From Squalus acanthias (taxonomy: Eukaryota): a stretch of DNA of 64,000 bases. Position 1 is the stretch's first letter. Every line of letters starts with the position of its first letter. Positions 37,485-50,254 of this stretch are shown one piece after another. The position numbers were made by a program, and so were the translations under genes. The notes under the pieces were generated by a model. The model saw only the letters and a list, made by a program, of their open reading frames with translations. It was not told the DNA's origin and did not search any database. The DNA is taken from contig CM059438.1 in NCBI GenBank assembly GCA_030390025.1, positions 35,774,001 through 35,838,000 of the forward strand. Direction: 5' to 3'.

Positions 37485-37745
37485 ATTTTCTCCCCTCTGA
37501 TGGGCATGGAATCCTTGCTGGGTTACGGCTCCACAGGATCAGCTGTCCAGTGGTAACCCGACCAGGTGTCATTATATGAGCCTTGATGGCCAGTGTCAGC
37601 AGACTAATGCTATACTTGCAGGAGTTACTGGATAGCATTCAGGAACCCTGGTCAATTTTCCCCTTGGCCCATGGGTGAAGATGTCAATTACCCGCCACCA
37701 CTTAGAATCAGCTAGCGGTATGGATTGCAATCAAACAGAACCATT
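37485..37745 (-). mobile_element. AmnSINE2-like SINE
   Basis: actggatagc...aggaaccctgg is the reverse complement of the family core. Confidence 0.55.
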
Positions 37746-37829
37746 TTGTACAGCCGTAACTGCTGGAAATAGATGATCACAAGATGCGCAAAGTCCAATT
37801 ATTGTTTTGATCTGGTTACCACAAATGAA

Positions 37830-38145
37830 GTGCTTGGTGCCAGAGGGCAGAGCCATGAGAAATCATTTGATAAGCTTGGGCTCTTCAGTCTTGAAAGGGG
37901 CTCAGTGGGGACCCTGTGGAGGTGTAGAAGTTACTTGACTGAAATCGAGAAACTAAACCCAAAACAATATTTATATAGACACGCCAGGGCCGCAGGACAA
38001 TTGGGGGGGGGGGTGTCACAGGTTCAGGGCTGCGAAGGGCAGATAGCAGGAAGTATTTCCTTACACAGATGAAGAATGGCTGGAGCAGGTTGCCAAGAGG
38101 CTTTGAGGTCAGGACCCTGAACTTGAGAAAGTTAAATGCCATTGT
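37830..38145 (+). mobile_element. Highly diverged CR1-like 3' remnant
   Basis: KLGLFSLER motif. Confidence 0.45.
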
Positions 38146-38361
38146 GGAAGGACAAGACCGGATGGCTGAGGGGCCTTCAGCAGATCCTGCGACAAAATAT
38201 TTGTGGGATTATGTTGCATTACTGTAGTAAACTGGCCAGTGTTTCAAATGAACAAATCTCTTCAATTCAGTATTACTAGCTTATTTAGCATATTAACCAA
38301 CTTGCCGTAGAACAGGGAAATACATTTCAGCAAATGTATTTTTAAAAACCAACAATTGACT

Positions 38362-38770
38362 CATTTGGTAGCACTCACTTCTGAGTCAGAAGGCAATTCA
38401 AGTCCCACTCCAAAGGACTGGAGCACATAATCTAAGCTGATATTGCAGTGCAGTAATGAGGGAGTGCTGCATTGTCAAAGGTGTTGCTTTCTGTAGCTGC
38501 AAAACCAAGGCCCCGGTCTCTTCACGTGGCTGCAAAAAATCCCATGCCGCTATTCGAAGAGCGGGGAATTGCTGAGTCCTGGCCACCACTTACTCCTCAA
38601 TCAAAACCTCCAAAAACAGATGAAGTCATTTATCTCAAAGCTGTCTTCAGGAGTTTGCTGTGGACAATTTGGCTGCTATGTTTGCCCATAAAACAGTGGA
38701 CTACTTGAAAAGCAATTAATTTGCGGTGAAGAGCATTGGAACTTCCGGCACTATACAACTGCAAGTTGTT
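38362..38770 (+). mobile_element. DeuSINE (SacSINE1-like) tRNA-derived SINE
   Basis: ggtagcact...ctgagtcagaagg...ttcaagtcccactcca head, gagggagtgctgca and aatcccatg...tattcgaagag core, L2-type tail. Confidence 0.75.
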
Positions 38771-38880
38771 TCCATTAAGCAATGTGCTTCTTGTAGGATA
38801 TGTGACTGATCACCTTAAATTGTTCTCGGCAATAGCGACAGACTAAATTAATAGTGCTTCATCCAAGTACAAAAACAAAA

Positions 38881-39440
38881 ATTCATGCGACGTGGGAGTC
38901 ACTGGCAAGGCCGCCATTTATTGCCAGTCCCCAATTGCCCACGAGAGGGTGTCTGCTTGAACCGTGGCAGTTTGTGTGGTGAAGGTACTCTCAATGCAAG
39001 TTTTTCCTTTACTCATCCTTGGGATATGGGCATTGCTGGCAAGGCCAGCATTCATCACCCATCCCTAATTGCTGTTAAGGTTGTGGGTGGGCCTTCTTGA
39101 ACTGCTGCAGTCCGTGTGGTGAGGACACTTTCACAATGCTAGGAGGTAGGGAGTTCCAGGATTTTGACCCAGAGACAATGAAGGAATGGCGATGCACGTC
39201 TAAGTCAGGATATAGTGTGTGACATGGAGAGGAATTTGAAGGTGATGGTGTACCCATACACCTGCTGCCCTTGTCCTTCTAGGTGGTGGAGGCCACTGGT
39301 TTGGGAGGTGCTGCCGAAGAAGCCTTGGCGAGTTGCTGCAGCGCATCCTGTAGATGGTACACACTCCACCACCGGCGTACCGTGGCTGCAGAGTGGATGT
39401 TTAAGCTGGTGGATGGGGTGCCGATCAAGTAGACTGCTTT
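38881..39440 (-). mobile_element. Two tandem LINE 3' ends, same family as 22395-22620
   Basis: ctggcaaggcc...catt tail occurs twice, near 38900 and 39035. Confidence 0.7.
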
Positions 39441-39760
39441 ATCGGCACTACACAGCTCAAAATGTTCTACAGATACAACCTGAAGTTTGGAAGGACAATC
39501 CATTAATGTACTGCTGGGTATTTTTACACACTTCAAGTGATCAAAGTACAAAAATTTAGTGGCCATTATGTTTAACAGAATTCATAATGAGAAGACAATG
39601 CTTTGCTATAAAATAATTACGGTCAAAATTAATTTGCAAAGAATACACATCTTTGCTTAAAAAAATAATTCGAGATGATTCATTTGAAGATTAGCACAGA
39701 TGTGTTTTATAATGAAAATATTAGTCTCGACTGCCATGGATTCACAGTACTGATACTCAC

Positions 39761-39938
39761 CATCAAACACTGCTCGACTGTATTGAGTGGTAGAAGCTAA
39801 AGGCCTGCATGTTTTGTCAAATTTGTTGCCATAATTGCCAATGCTGACTTCAAACTGGATGGCGTCTCCAATTTCTCGCTGCATTGTTGCAGCATAAAAA
39901 ACAGCAGAAAGACTATACTTGCGCCGGCGTTGATATTT
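39761..39938 (-). CDS. MYOF: MYOF exon ~20: [19 protein letters not shown]...[11 protein letters not shown]
   Basis: 178 nt, phase 0-1, GT-AG. Confidence 0.97.
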
Positions 39939-40444
39939 CTGGAATAGGAATAGGAGGATTCGGATTAGCTTCACCCAAGACCCACAAATAATTTTTAAAA
40001 CTTCTCTGAAAAAGATAGTATAAATGAAATGCAATTTCACTTGCAAAGCCCACATCTATTATTCAAATGGGTGTCTCCAGCACCAAAAATATAGTAGCCC
40101 CTACCCCAGTTTGCCACCGAATTGTGCAGCAGTGGGACAAAAAACCAAGAAGCTTTAATAGTTTTGTATGTCTGTTATGTGGATTCAGCTGCAGCATGAC
40201 TGCAAGGAGTTTTGATTTCTGGATTATATATTCCAAGTTATCATCATGTTATTGAATGATGCGTTCTATGGTGAACCTACACATACACCCCAAAAGGCAA
40301 AATCTCTCTTCACAAGGCCAGCGAAACTGCTCTTCAAGATAGCCATGAAATCGTTATAGCAATTTTCTCCCCCACTAGATTAAACCGCCAGCTTTGCATT
40401 TCCTTAACCTTGTAGTAATAATCAAGTAAGGAAATTGAGAGAGC

Positions 40445-40710
40445 ACACACAATGGTCATGGGAGACTCCAATTTATCAGGGCTAAATTAGGAGGATTATA
40501 ATGGGAGTAAAAGGAGAGAAAACAGTTTCTGAACATGATAATGGAGTATTACATGACTTAAATGATTAAGGAACCTATTCTGGAGGTGGGGGGGGGGGGG
40601 GGTGGGGGAGGAAAGAGAAGGAGGCTATATTAGACTGGTTGTACAATATTCAGGCAATACTTGAGCAGGTTACCTTGGAAATAGTGATCACAATATGAAG
40701 TATAATATCA
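40445..40710 (+). mobile_element. Degenerate CR1 APE-endonuclease fragment
   Basis: VMGDSN (GDFN-like) and LGNSDHNM (SDH motif) remnants. Confidence 0.55.
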
Positions 40711-41233
40711 GACTTGCACTATTGAGAGAGGAGTCTCACATCAATTATCAAATTTTCCTAAAGTGGATTTTGAGGGAATGAGGGGACTGGGATGAACAGA
40801 CTTCTAGAACAGAAGATAAATGGATCACTTTCAGGAATACACTATTGTCAATACCAAGTAACCATTTACCACTTGGAAAGCAGGAGAGAGAAAAACACAA
40901 CGTAGGCATCAAGGCAAATACTGCAAGGACAAAAAAAAAGCCTTCCTCAAGTACAAAGGCATGCATAGACCAGAGAACAAGGATGAGCACAAGAATAAGG
41001 TTAGGTCCCATCACATGCAGGTGGTTAGTGTAACTGCCTGAAGCTGGAAAATCTGCATTTGTGGATTTATATTGGATTATGGAGTGGAACCAGGGTATGG
41101 AACGCAAGTTCACGTGGGTCTTCTAGTCAAACGCCCAGTTCTTTATCACTGCAGCTATTAAACTGCTTTAAAAAGTCACAGGTTTACAGAGAATAACCAG
41201 TTAACTGAACACTAAGCGTGCTGTCCGACTGAC

Positions 41234-41347
41234 CTGAACCACCAAAACATCATCGCTAGGTATGTCCTCCAACTTCTTCTCTGGATTGCCATCAAGCTTG
41301 GTGATTAGTTCAACTAGTAGTCTACCACGATATGCAACTCCCTCACC
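41234..41347 (-). CDS. MYOF: MYOF exon ~19: [38 protein letters not shown]
   Basis: 114 nt, phase 0-0, GT-AG. Confidence 0.95.
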
Positions 41348-42049
41348 CTAAAAGCAAAAAAATATTAGCACCAGTTTAAAAAAAAAAGTATTTTTCAGCT
41401 TCAAATTCTAAGCAATCTAGAAATTCACAACCAAGTTGATTAGTATTATAAATTAATTTTTCCTCCATCATCTCCTGATCAACAGGATGATAGGCAGTCT
41501 GCTCCCTGGCCTCAGGTCAGTATTTAGAGGAATCGTCAGTGGTTTCTGCTCTGACACCTGGAGTGCATCAAGATTGCCTGCTTGTTGTAAGGCAATGCAG
41601 GCACTGATTCACATTACAAGGCTGCAGGCTGAGCAGCTTGATTATGTAGTTGCTGCAAGTAGTGATGCTCAAACTGTTCAGTGATCTGCAGCTGGATACA
41701 ACACTGTTGAAAGAAACATCTGCGCCATCTCATCTATAACCAGTTACGTTCCTGATGCAGATCAGAACTCTCCTCACTCACTCAATACAAGTGCCTGACA
41801 TATATGTCTGGATTGGTTAGAAAACTTCAACAGAATGCAAGAAAATTAGCAAAATGTACTTGAAATTCACCATCAGAATACTCAAGTGTGGTTCCTGGTG
41901 ATCAAAGCACCAACAGATCCAATCTATGGCCACTTGAATCAAATTCACCATCCCACCATAAATCAAAGTCACAGGCTACATCCAGGATTTTAAAACTTTT
42001 ATCGCTCCTGGCCTGAAGATGTTGATTTCTGCAGTGGTACAGCTCTGCA

Positions 42050-42400
42050 GGTGATAGTCACCTCCTGAGACATCACTGAAGCAGACATTTCATGCAGTCA
42101 GCCTAGGGAGCATTAGCAAGCTGGTTGAGCCTGGGGGTGGGGCGTGGGTAAGAGGTGGTGAAGTCACAGTTCAACTTGTAGGTCTTCAGACATACAGCCA
42201 CACTTCCCACCCAGCATGGTGCACTGGACAACAATCAGGCCCAGGAACCCTGGCTGATTTCTCTTGCGAAGTCCAGGGTCCCAGAGGCCGACTGTAGCAT
42301 CCCTGGAGTAGAGAAGGAAAATCCGGCGATCTGACAGAGACCAGCTAAGTCAAAGACTGCGCACCTTCTACCCTCTGACTCAGTTACAAGTTTCATTTAC
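42050..42400 (-). mobile_element. AmnSINE2-like SINE
   Basis: aggaaccctggctgattt is the reverse complement of the family core. Confidence 0.5.
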
Positions 42401-43364
42401 CAGCTGGGTTAACACCGTAGTACTTATTCTTGCATTTCTAATCAGCAAAACGGTAACTTTTGACCATCACTTAGCCATTGCTTCATTTGTGGCGTTGGGT
42501 AGAAATGCTCATGACAGGGTCAAGGGAACAGGAGGTGGGTCTCATGGACAAGATGAGCTCAGAGAAAGAGGAGAGAGATAGGAGAAAAACAAACTCGAAA
42601 AAGACAGGTTCATGGTTGGGTAAGGGAGTAGCAGAGTGGCTTTGATCTTAGTGACAAAGAAGCCCATTATTTCCTTGCACTTGGAGGGGAGTGAGGAGAG
42701 GGCAGGGGGTGAGGAGTTTAAGGAGATGGCTGGTAGTGGGGAAGAGAGTCAGAGGGTTATCTTGGCTCTCCAGGCTGATCTGGAGTAGTGGGCAGTTTTG
42801 GCAGAAGGGAGGCCAGATATTGCTCATTGTGGTCCAACTAGATTTGGTGAATGATGGCTAAACCAGCTGTATGCGTCAGATATGCAGCCCTTAAACTTGA
42901 GGGACTGAAGATGGTGCATACCAGGATGAACTGACAAGGATGGGAGAGTAAAGGTTTTGTTGGGGACAAGGGCATCAAAGGGTGGAGGTGGAATGGTTAA
43001 GCAGATCAGTGGCTGTGGTGAATGGAGGGCCAAAGGCATCCTCGGCTCTGACTTATACTTGCGTCATTAAAATGTATTAAAAGAAACAGAAAATACAGAG
43101 CAGGTCTCAGTGGGGATAAAGTTCTAAAGAACGCAGGAAAAATTGCAACACCACCAGTAGAATTACTATTTCCTGCAGTGCACGAAATTCTGGTTGCAAC
43201 CTGGGATACAAAGAGCATGGGACATGGCCAGTTTTACGGGCAGAGATTAATCTGGGCCATAAAAGAGAGAGAATACTTTGGTATATTGTAGTTACGCACG
43301 TAACTCACTTGCGCTCAAAATTCCTGATCTTAAGATACGTAATTGGTTTGGGTCCAAATTACAA

Positions 43365-43822
43365 GGCTGGAATTTTAAGGAGGAAGGCGGGTTGGGGGCT
43401 TCGAGGCCGTTGGGAAGCCGGGTTTCCCGCAAGCCCTGCCGACTTTAACGAAGATAGTGGCCGGCCTCAGCATCATTGCTTGGGGGGGGGGGGGGGGGGG
43501 GGGGGGGGTGTCCTGGTTGCAGCGGGTGGGTTAGCTCGGGACCCTGGATCCAGGAGGCAAGAGTAAAGGCACTTGCTGCAACTGTCAGGTTTCACAAATT
43601 GTGTAAAACCTGTCCACATGCAGTTAAAAAAAAAAAAAGGCTTCCAGCCTCATTGTAATATTTAAACTGACATCTCGCTCCCTGGGAGCGGGTTGATTGC
43701 CCGCCCCGTTAAAACCAGAACTGGGCGGGTTGGAGGCAGGTTCCGGTCAAGAATCCGATTTTTAACAATTTAACTACCCCCACGCTCCAAACCCACCTGT
43801 TTTCTAGGTCAAAATCCCTCCC
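43365..43822. mobile_element. GC-rich MITE-like element with internal poly-G
   Basis: Starts ggctggaatttt; shares caggtttcac, aggcttccagcctcatt and ccccacgctccaaa with 3562-3905. Confidence 0.65.
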
Positions 43823-44133
43823 CACCCCACAAGTGTGTCTCTGCAAATATGGAGAAAACTCCAGGCCTACTTGTACAACATTAACGGCATGTGACAATTA
43901 GCAAGGTTTACTGCAAAAATATATCCCAGCGCCAATTTTTTTCCATTGCGTTATTTCAATAAGACTGCCATCAACGATGCCAAACAATGTGTGCCGATAC
44001 ACTTTCATGGTCAACCACCTACCAATTGAACTCAGACACATGGCAGTGATTTTCTTCGTACAAGGGATGAGATATTTACATTTTGTGGCTAATTTGGATA
44101 GTGAGCACCAAACAGATGGTATTTCTAACTAAC

Positions 44134-44258
44134 CTGCCCCTTGTTCAAGTCTTCATAAGGATCAGCAAAGCCCGTGAATTCCCTGGGGCTCCCATAAAAG
44201 TTTACATAACAAGGCCCAAAAGCTGGAAGAAATCCTACTTCTTCGTCTCCTGTTTCCC
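44134..44258 (-). CDS. MYOF: MYOF exon ~18: (G)[41 protein letters not shown]
   Basis: 125 nt, phase 1-0, GT-AG. Confidence 0.96.
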
Positions 44259-45449
44259 CTATCAAAACACAGAAGGTGATTAACAAAATATACATCACTG
44301 GTATTTTTAAAAACACAGGCTCTAATAATTGGTTAGTAAGTTAGTTTGTAAGCATACGCACAAGATGCATAATATGCGCTTGCAATTAAAGGAGTTTGGT
44401 TTATCGCAAGGGCCAAAAAGGTTTTTCCTGTTTATCATTTGAAATGAGTATTGTGATGCATTAATAATTCCCTGCTTCGGCAGTAGAGTTCAAGTTCTTT
44501 GAACAGAATGTTTTCTAGCGAGGAACTGTTGCTTTCATTTACCAGACTCACTTGGAGGCCCCACTGATTCGGATTGGCTATTGTTGCACGCCATTGTTGG
44601 GGCAGGTACCGGGTGGGAAGAGGAAAAGGAATATTCGTACAGTTTTATTTAGCACTGGATGGAAAAATACCCCCCCCCCCAAAAAAAGTCTGCAAATAAT
44701 CTCCTGAATCAGGCAACAAACCATTTATACTTCCTGCACAGTTACACAATTGTGCAAGCAAATCTTGCCTGCTAATTGCATCCATCATTTGCAGTTAATT
44801 GCATTTTATATCAGTTCACTCGACAAGATGATATTTTTCAGCCCCCATCGAGTAGACCGAGATGAGAAAATAAAAACCAGAAGCTGTAGTGATATGTCTT
44901 TTGTATAGTTGCTGTTGCTCCATGGTCCAAGTGTTACTTCCACTGGAAAAGCATGGAGTCACGGAAAGTCGATTGCTCGCTCTTTCCCTTTCAGCAGATG
45001 ATGTATAAAGGTCCGAGGCCCCAAGGGGAAAATCTGAAGCAAAATCTTGATCAACTTTAAAACCAAAAATGCTGCCATGGAATCATCTAACCAGAACCCA
45101 TGCATCCCATTTCAAGTCAACATAAACCAAGTTTAACAGAAAGCATGTAGCCATACTGAACTGGACAAGGACAGTTTTCAAAGCAAGAGACTTGTAATGC
45201 TACCACAGAATTCAGTAAACTACAAACTAGCATCAGAGTTAGACACAATTTCTTTTAAATTCCTTTAATAAAAAGTTTTAAAACCCAAATTAAGAGGAAA
45301 TTGCACGTTGTCCAAACTCTTCCACACATTACGTCAAGTTGCATTTCAGAGTATTAAGAAAAAAGTCTCCACCAAGAGTCACAATAAAATTGTAGCTGTC
45401 TTTACCCAAGAATGCAAAGGACTATAGAACTGCTATAATTAGCACTTTT

Positions 45450-45575
45450 GTCTGACAAAAGGTCTTCGACCTGAAACGTTAACTCTGTTTCTCTCTCCAC
45501 AGATGCTGCCTGGCCTGCTGAGTTTTTCCAGCGTTTTCTGTTATTTCGGATTTCCAGCATCCGCAGTATTTTGCT
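45450..45575 (+). mobile_element. Penelope-type terminal repeat with degenerate hammerhead
   Basis: CTGACAA-A-AGGTC-TTC-GACCT-GAAA-CG-TT-AAC followed by cagatgctgcctggcctgctgag. Confidence 0.65.
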
Positions 45576-46954
45576 ACCATAATTAACACTTGTTGGCCAT
45601 GCATTATGTGCTGAATTCTACCTGGAAAGTGCATAGGGAAGAGGTAGCAAGTCATTGAGAGGCAAATCAGCATGGGTCTGCTGCCAGTGGAAACTAAGGG
45701 AGGGAGAAGAGCAAGAATATGTGGCAAAATAGGAGAGATGATGCAATCAGATGCACAAGAGACAATAAGCACACAGAACTTGTGATGACAGATAGAGGAA
45801 TGTGTTATGGTGGTTATAGCTGGGGGGGAAATGGGCAGATTCAGTATTTTCTAAACATCACTGGGAACTCTCATTTAATGGTTACTTCAGGAAGGTGTCC
45901 AAATGAACCCATAGGACCAAGAGTTATTCACAATGACAGAAAAATAGCTTGGGCAAACACATACACAATAGAAATTTCAGTACAAGGAGGTCAAATGTGC
46001 CCGTAAGTGCTAGCTCCATATCAGAGTCATCTACTGTAATCCCATGCTCTTGTTTTTCCCCTCCATAAAAGACAACTTACAGCTCACATCTGTTGTTAAG
46101 ATCAAACCAATACGACACTGTCAAAACTCCCTTCAATTGCTCAAACACTGGGCAGCACAGTTGTAGCTGGCATAGACCACCTCAGGACTGTTCCCTTTGA
46201 GGGCACTAAAGGGTCATCAAAAAGGTGCTAAAGTTGGGGAAAACTTAACTAACTTATGATGGGGAGAGTTGAAGTTGATGCACCATTCTCAAGTCTCTCA
46301 CGTCTAAATGCCGTACAGTGCACACGCACAGAGGTGGGACTAGAGTAATGGACCCAGAGATAGGATAATAGACAGATTAAAATGAAAAATTCTAAACAAA
46401 ATGAAATGAGGAAAGAAAACAATGTGCTTATTCATGCCCAGGAAACAACATTGACAATCATAATTCTTTGAAACTGCACCCAACAAATGATCAAATAGTA
46501 ACCAGTAATTGTGTCTAATCTTAAGCGGTCACAAATATATATTTTTTAGTCATGATTTAACAGTTTGTTTCTGTGGAACAACAAGTCTTTTAGCACAACA
46601 ATGCAAAAAGCCGATTTGGTGTACAAGGTGCTTGCAAGCAATTTAAAGTAGCTTTCAGCCAAAGCATGTAGGACCAATGTGCATTTTGGCAGCATCGTGG
46701 AATTCCACCCTGGATAATAGTGAGTGGCAGATAATGGATTTCATAAATTTAGTTTTGCTCAAATAATTGGGCAGGAAAAATGAAAGTACAATACAAATTT
46801 TAAAAATATAATTTTATTCATCAAATGGAAAGAATAGCAAGCTGCTATATGGTTATATCTCGTGCAAAACACGGTCCTATAAAAATTTCAGAAAATAATT
46901 GGGAAGCAGCTAAAGATCTATTTGAAACAACTATGTACTAGAATTACTGTGATG

Positions 46955-47310
46955 GACTTCAATTGGTCAGCGAGTAAATGCACCTTGTGGTATCAAACCA
47001 AGCTGTACAAACCAGGAAGGTCTCAAGTACAATCCATGGCCTGCGCTAAATTAACCAATCTCAGCTAGGAATCACAATTACCTTCAGTATCTTTGGGTCC
47101 AGAGAGGGGAGGAAAAAAAAAAAACTTGGCCAAGGATCCCACTCCTGATTGCTGCCCAGTAACCCCTGCTGGGAGCACATAGTTGTAGACAGGATCAGTT
47201 GGCACTGTACAGGCTCACCAAGGTACTGGAGGGCTGCCAACAACAAATAGCCATAACCTAGTTATGAGCCACTACATTCAGGAATGGGAGGGAAAGGACA
47301 GAAAACTGGA
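46955..47310 (+). mobile_element. AmnSINE2-like SINE, near full length
   Basis: gtaaatgcac...accaggaaggtctcaagtacaatccatggcctgcgc...ctcctgattgctgcccagtaacccctgctgg. Confidence 0.65.
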
Positions 47311-47394
47311 AAGTAGTTTGAGGGCGGGCGGGTAAAAACAAACTGTTGCCAGGCCGTTTTAGCAGTGCCATTTTCCATCCCAATCTGGCACTTA

Positions 47395-47715
47395 AGTCCA
47401 ACACCGGCATCTCCACATCATAAAATATTACCATTTAATGCACAGTTGGGCCTACATTGAAAACTTGTATACCTAGTATTACAGGTTGCAGAGCCTATAA
47501 AAAAAGCAAAAAGATTGCCAAGCCAGCTAAGAAGCTCAAGTCCAATAGCCATCACGTGTGAAAACATCCATTGCCAAAAGTCTCTGACTTCACCTGATGA
47601 AGGAGCAGCAGCTCCGAAAGCTTGTGATTTCAAATAAAACTGTTGGACTATAACCTGGTGTTGTGCGACTTCTCACTTTTGTCCACCCTAGTCCAACACC
47701 GGCATCTCCGCATCA
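47395..47715 (+). mobile_element. Penelope-like remnant bounded by 26-bp direct repeats
   Basis: agtccaacaccggcatctcc(a/g)catca at 47395-47420 and 47690-47715; contains a hammerhead. Confidence 0.6.
47590..47627 (+). ncRNA. Minimal type I hammerhead ribozyme motif
   Basis: TCAC-CTGATGA-A-GGAGC-AGCA-GCTCC-GAAA-GC-TT-GTGA: intact core boxes, 5-bp stem II, 4-bp stem I, palindromic AGCT at stem III. Confidence 0.7.
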
Positions 47716-47860
47716 AAGTCTCTGTATTATTGTATAATTTTTTCAAGTCAAATTCACCCAGTCAGTAATACATGTTTGTACATCAGCTTTATCCTTCCCC
47801 AGCCCACACTAAATCTCCCTTTTGGCAATGGAGGCTCAAAGATAGACCAAGAAATAAAAC

Positions 47861-47896
47861 CTTCATTTGCTGGAGAAGCCCCAATTCCCTCATCAT
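47861..47896 (-). CDS. MYOF: Candidate 36-nt cassette exon (D)DEGIGASPANE, exon-17 position
   Basis: ttctaac branch point, long pyrimidine tract, cag|AT...GAAG|gtttta; phase 1-1, no stop. Confidence 0.6.
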
Positions 47897-48223
47897 CTGG
47901 ATTGTAGGGAAACAAAAATAAGTTAGAACATTACAAAAAGTTAAATGTCATCAACCAGTCACTGAATGTTGTAGGTACTGCATACAACCAGCTTCACAAT
48001 TCACTTATACTACATCACCATGGAGCACCACTGTGTAATTAATTGCCAGGCCAGATTCGCCTTCCTCTTCCATACTGTGCTGTGGGTAGGTATCAAGTGA
48101 AACCATGCACCTTGTGAGGTTGGGGAGTGGGAGTGGGGGTGGGGAAGTGATGGTCATTTGCAGGCTGCTGTTGCACACCTCCATACCATCAGCTCGAGAG
48201 GTGGTGGTCTGGAAGTAAGTTAC

Positions 48224-48262
48224 CTGGTATACGCGCCACAGGCCTGCAGCTTCTGAGGGAGT
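48224..48262 (-). CDS. MYOF: Candidate 39-nt cassette exon (D)SLRSCRPVARIP, exon-17 position
   Basis: ttttcatctctttctag|AC...CCAG|gtaact; phase 1-1, no stop. Confidence 0.6.
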
Positions 48263-50092
48263 CTAGAAAGAGATGAAAACACTATGTCCTACCGATATTT
48301 ATTCTAGTAACCAGCTAACAAAAACCATAGAAGGTGCTTGGTTTCGGAGGGGAGGGGTGGAGACACGAATTTGATGCTAGAGTAAAAAAATATCCTGAAT
48401 GCCAAAAAATTCTATTCATTTGGCAACAGTTACTCCATACACTTCAAAATGGATGCTGCTAAACAAAGGTTCATTAGTATGACTGGGTACCTTACCCTTC
48501 AACTTCAAGATGCTGTAATGGCTAAAATAAAGATGCAACATGTTTACAATGCTTTATATATTAGTTAACACGATAATCTCTCAGTTGGAAGGTAAAAATG
48601 CAAGTTTAACCATAGACACCATATCGCAAAATGTAAAATGCTAGATACACAATTTTTCTTGAACGAGAGGTGCTCTACAGTAACTTTTTACCTGTACAAC
48701 AATTTGTTGCTAAATCTTAGGCAAAAGTAAATCTTCCAATCTTTCTACTTAAATAGCGGGCCATAAACAAAAGCCTGTATTATGGGAGCATTGACCAGTC
48801 AATCAGCAGGTCATCGTACAGTGTTTGATGCCAAGGTTCTAACAAAAGACTACCAGGCTTTGCAAGGTACATTTCTTTTTTTTTAAAACACAAAAAAGTT
48901 TTGAAAAGGTTGCTTGATGGAGGTACATTGGAAAAATAAATCTGCATCACAATGTCTGGACAACTTAAATGGTCTTAAAGAGCAGCATGTGAAATGCTCC
49001 ATTCCTCATTTTCTTCTAAAACCAGTAAGAAAGTGGAGCTTTGTGATGAAGTACAGAATTCTTGCAATCATGGTGGATCATTGGGCCCAAAGGAATGCCC
49101 GCAGTCCTGCACTTACTTTATTTTGCAAGACAGATTTCAAATGCAGCTCGAGGCATTTATGAATGACCTCCTGTTGACAATACTATAAATGAAATGGCTT
49201 TTTCAAACCAAGGGGAGGAGGAGAAGAGGAGCGGAGAAAAAAGAGGGCTGGAAAAAAAACCCAGAAAAGGAGGAACTGCAGCCATCACAGCCTACTTGTT
49301 GCTCCTCCAGTATATTATTCCCCCTTCTTTTTACTCAGTATTAAGAGTCCTGTACATGCATCTGCTGCAGCACTTTTAAGCCAGGGTTCAGCTTTTGGAA
49401 AAAAAGGTAGCAAAACAATTGGAAGACATGGACTGAAAATTCACTTGTGCTACACCAAAGAACAAGCAGCAACAGTCTGTTTTAGCAACCTACTGCGATT
49501 ATCATTTTGCTGCTACAGTACATTTATCACTACTAAAATTTTACACATACACCAACGGGTTTCCTAAGAAAACTGGCTATGCTTAACAAGTGCAGTCCTT
49601 TCACAAAAATCACAATCTGAAACACATTTGGAATTCCTGGAATATACAAAATAAATCAGCTATGTCAGGATCTACATGGCACACAAGCAGTCACTTGGCA
49701 AATTATTTTTGCATACTCCACAAAAGGTCGATTGTGCCATTATATAATATTCAGTAGGAGAATGCAGATTGGCATCTAAACCAAACACAATGCATATAGC
49801 ATTCAATAGTGGTGCACACAGCGACCACATGCATTTTCAGGCACATCTCGCTTGAGCATGCAAGAAATCCAACCAAGGCCGAACGACAGTTTGTATAAAT
49901 TCTAGCACATTACTGTCGCTCTAAGTATGGTCATCATTCATCAGGAACATCGCCACCACATCTGGCCCCCAAACACACTTGGATTAGAGATTAGAGCACA
50001 CCATCTTCTATCCAGAACTAACAGTGGAGGTTTCCAGCTGTAAATAATCCAGAATACCAGTAACGGCACATTGAGGAAAAAAAAACACCAAC

Positions 50093-50175
50093 CTTCAACT
50101 TCACCGCCAGATGAAGCGATCTTGGAAAGGAACAAATATGCTGTTCCAATAGCATCATTTCTGGTCATCCGATCC
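50093..50175 (-). CDS. MYOF: MYOF exon ~16: (W)DRMTRNDAIGTAYLFLSKIASSGGEVE
   Basis: 83 nt, phase 2-1, GT-AG. Confidence 0.95.
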
Positions 50176-50254
50176 CTGGAAGATATTGGGTCACATTTTT
50201 AAACATTACTGGCAGGAATTGAAGCACAGCCCGAAGCAGTACGCATCCAACATT

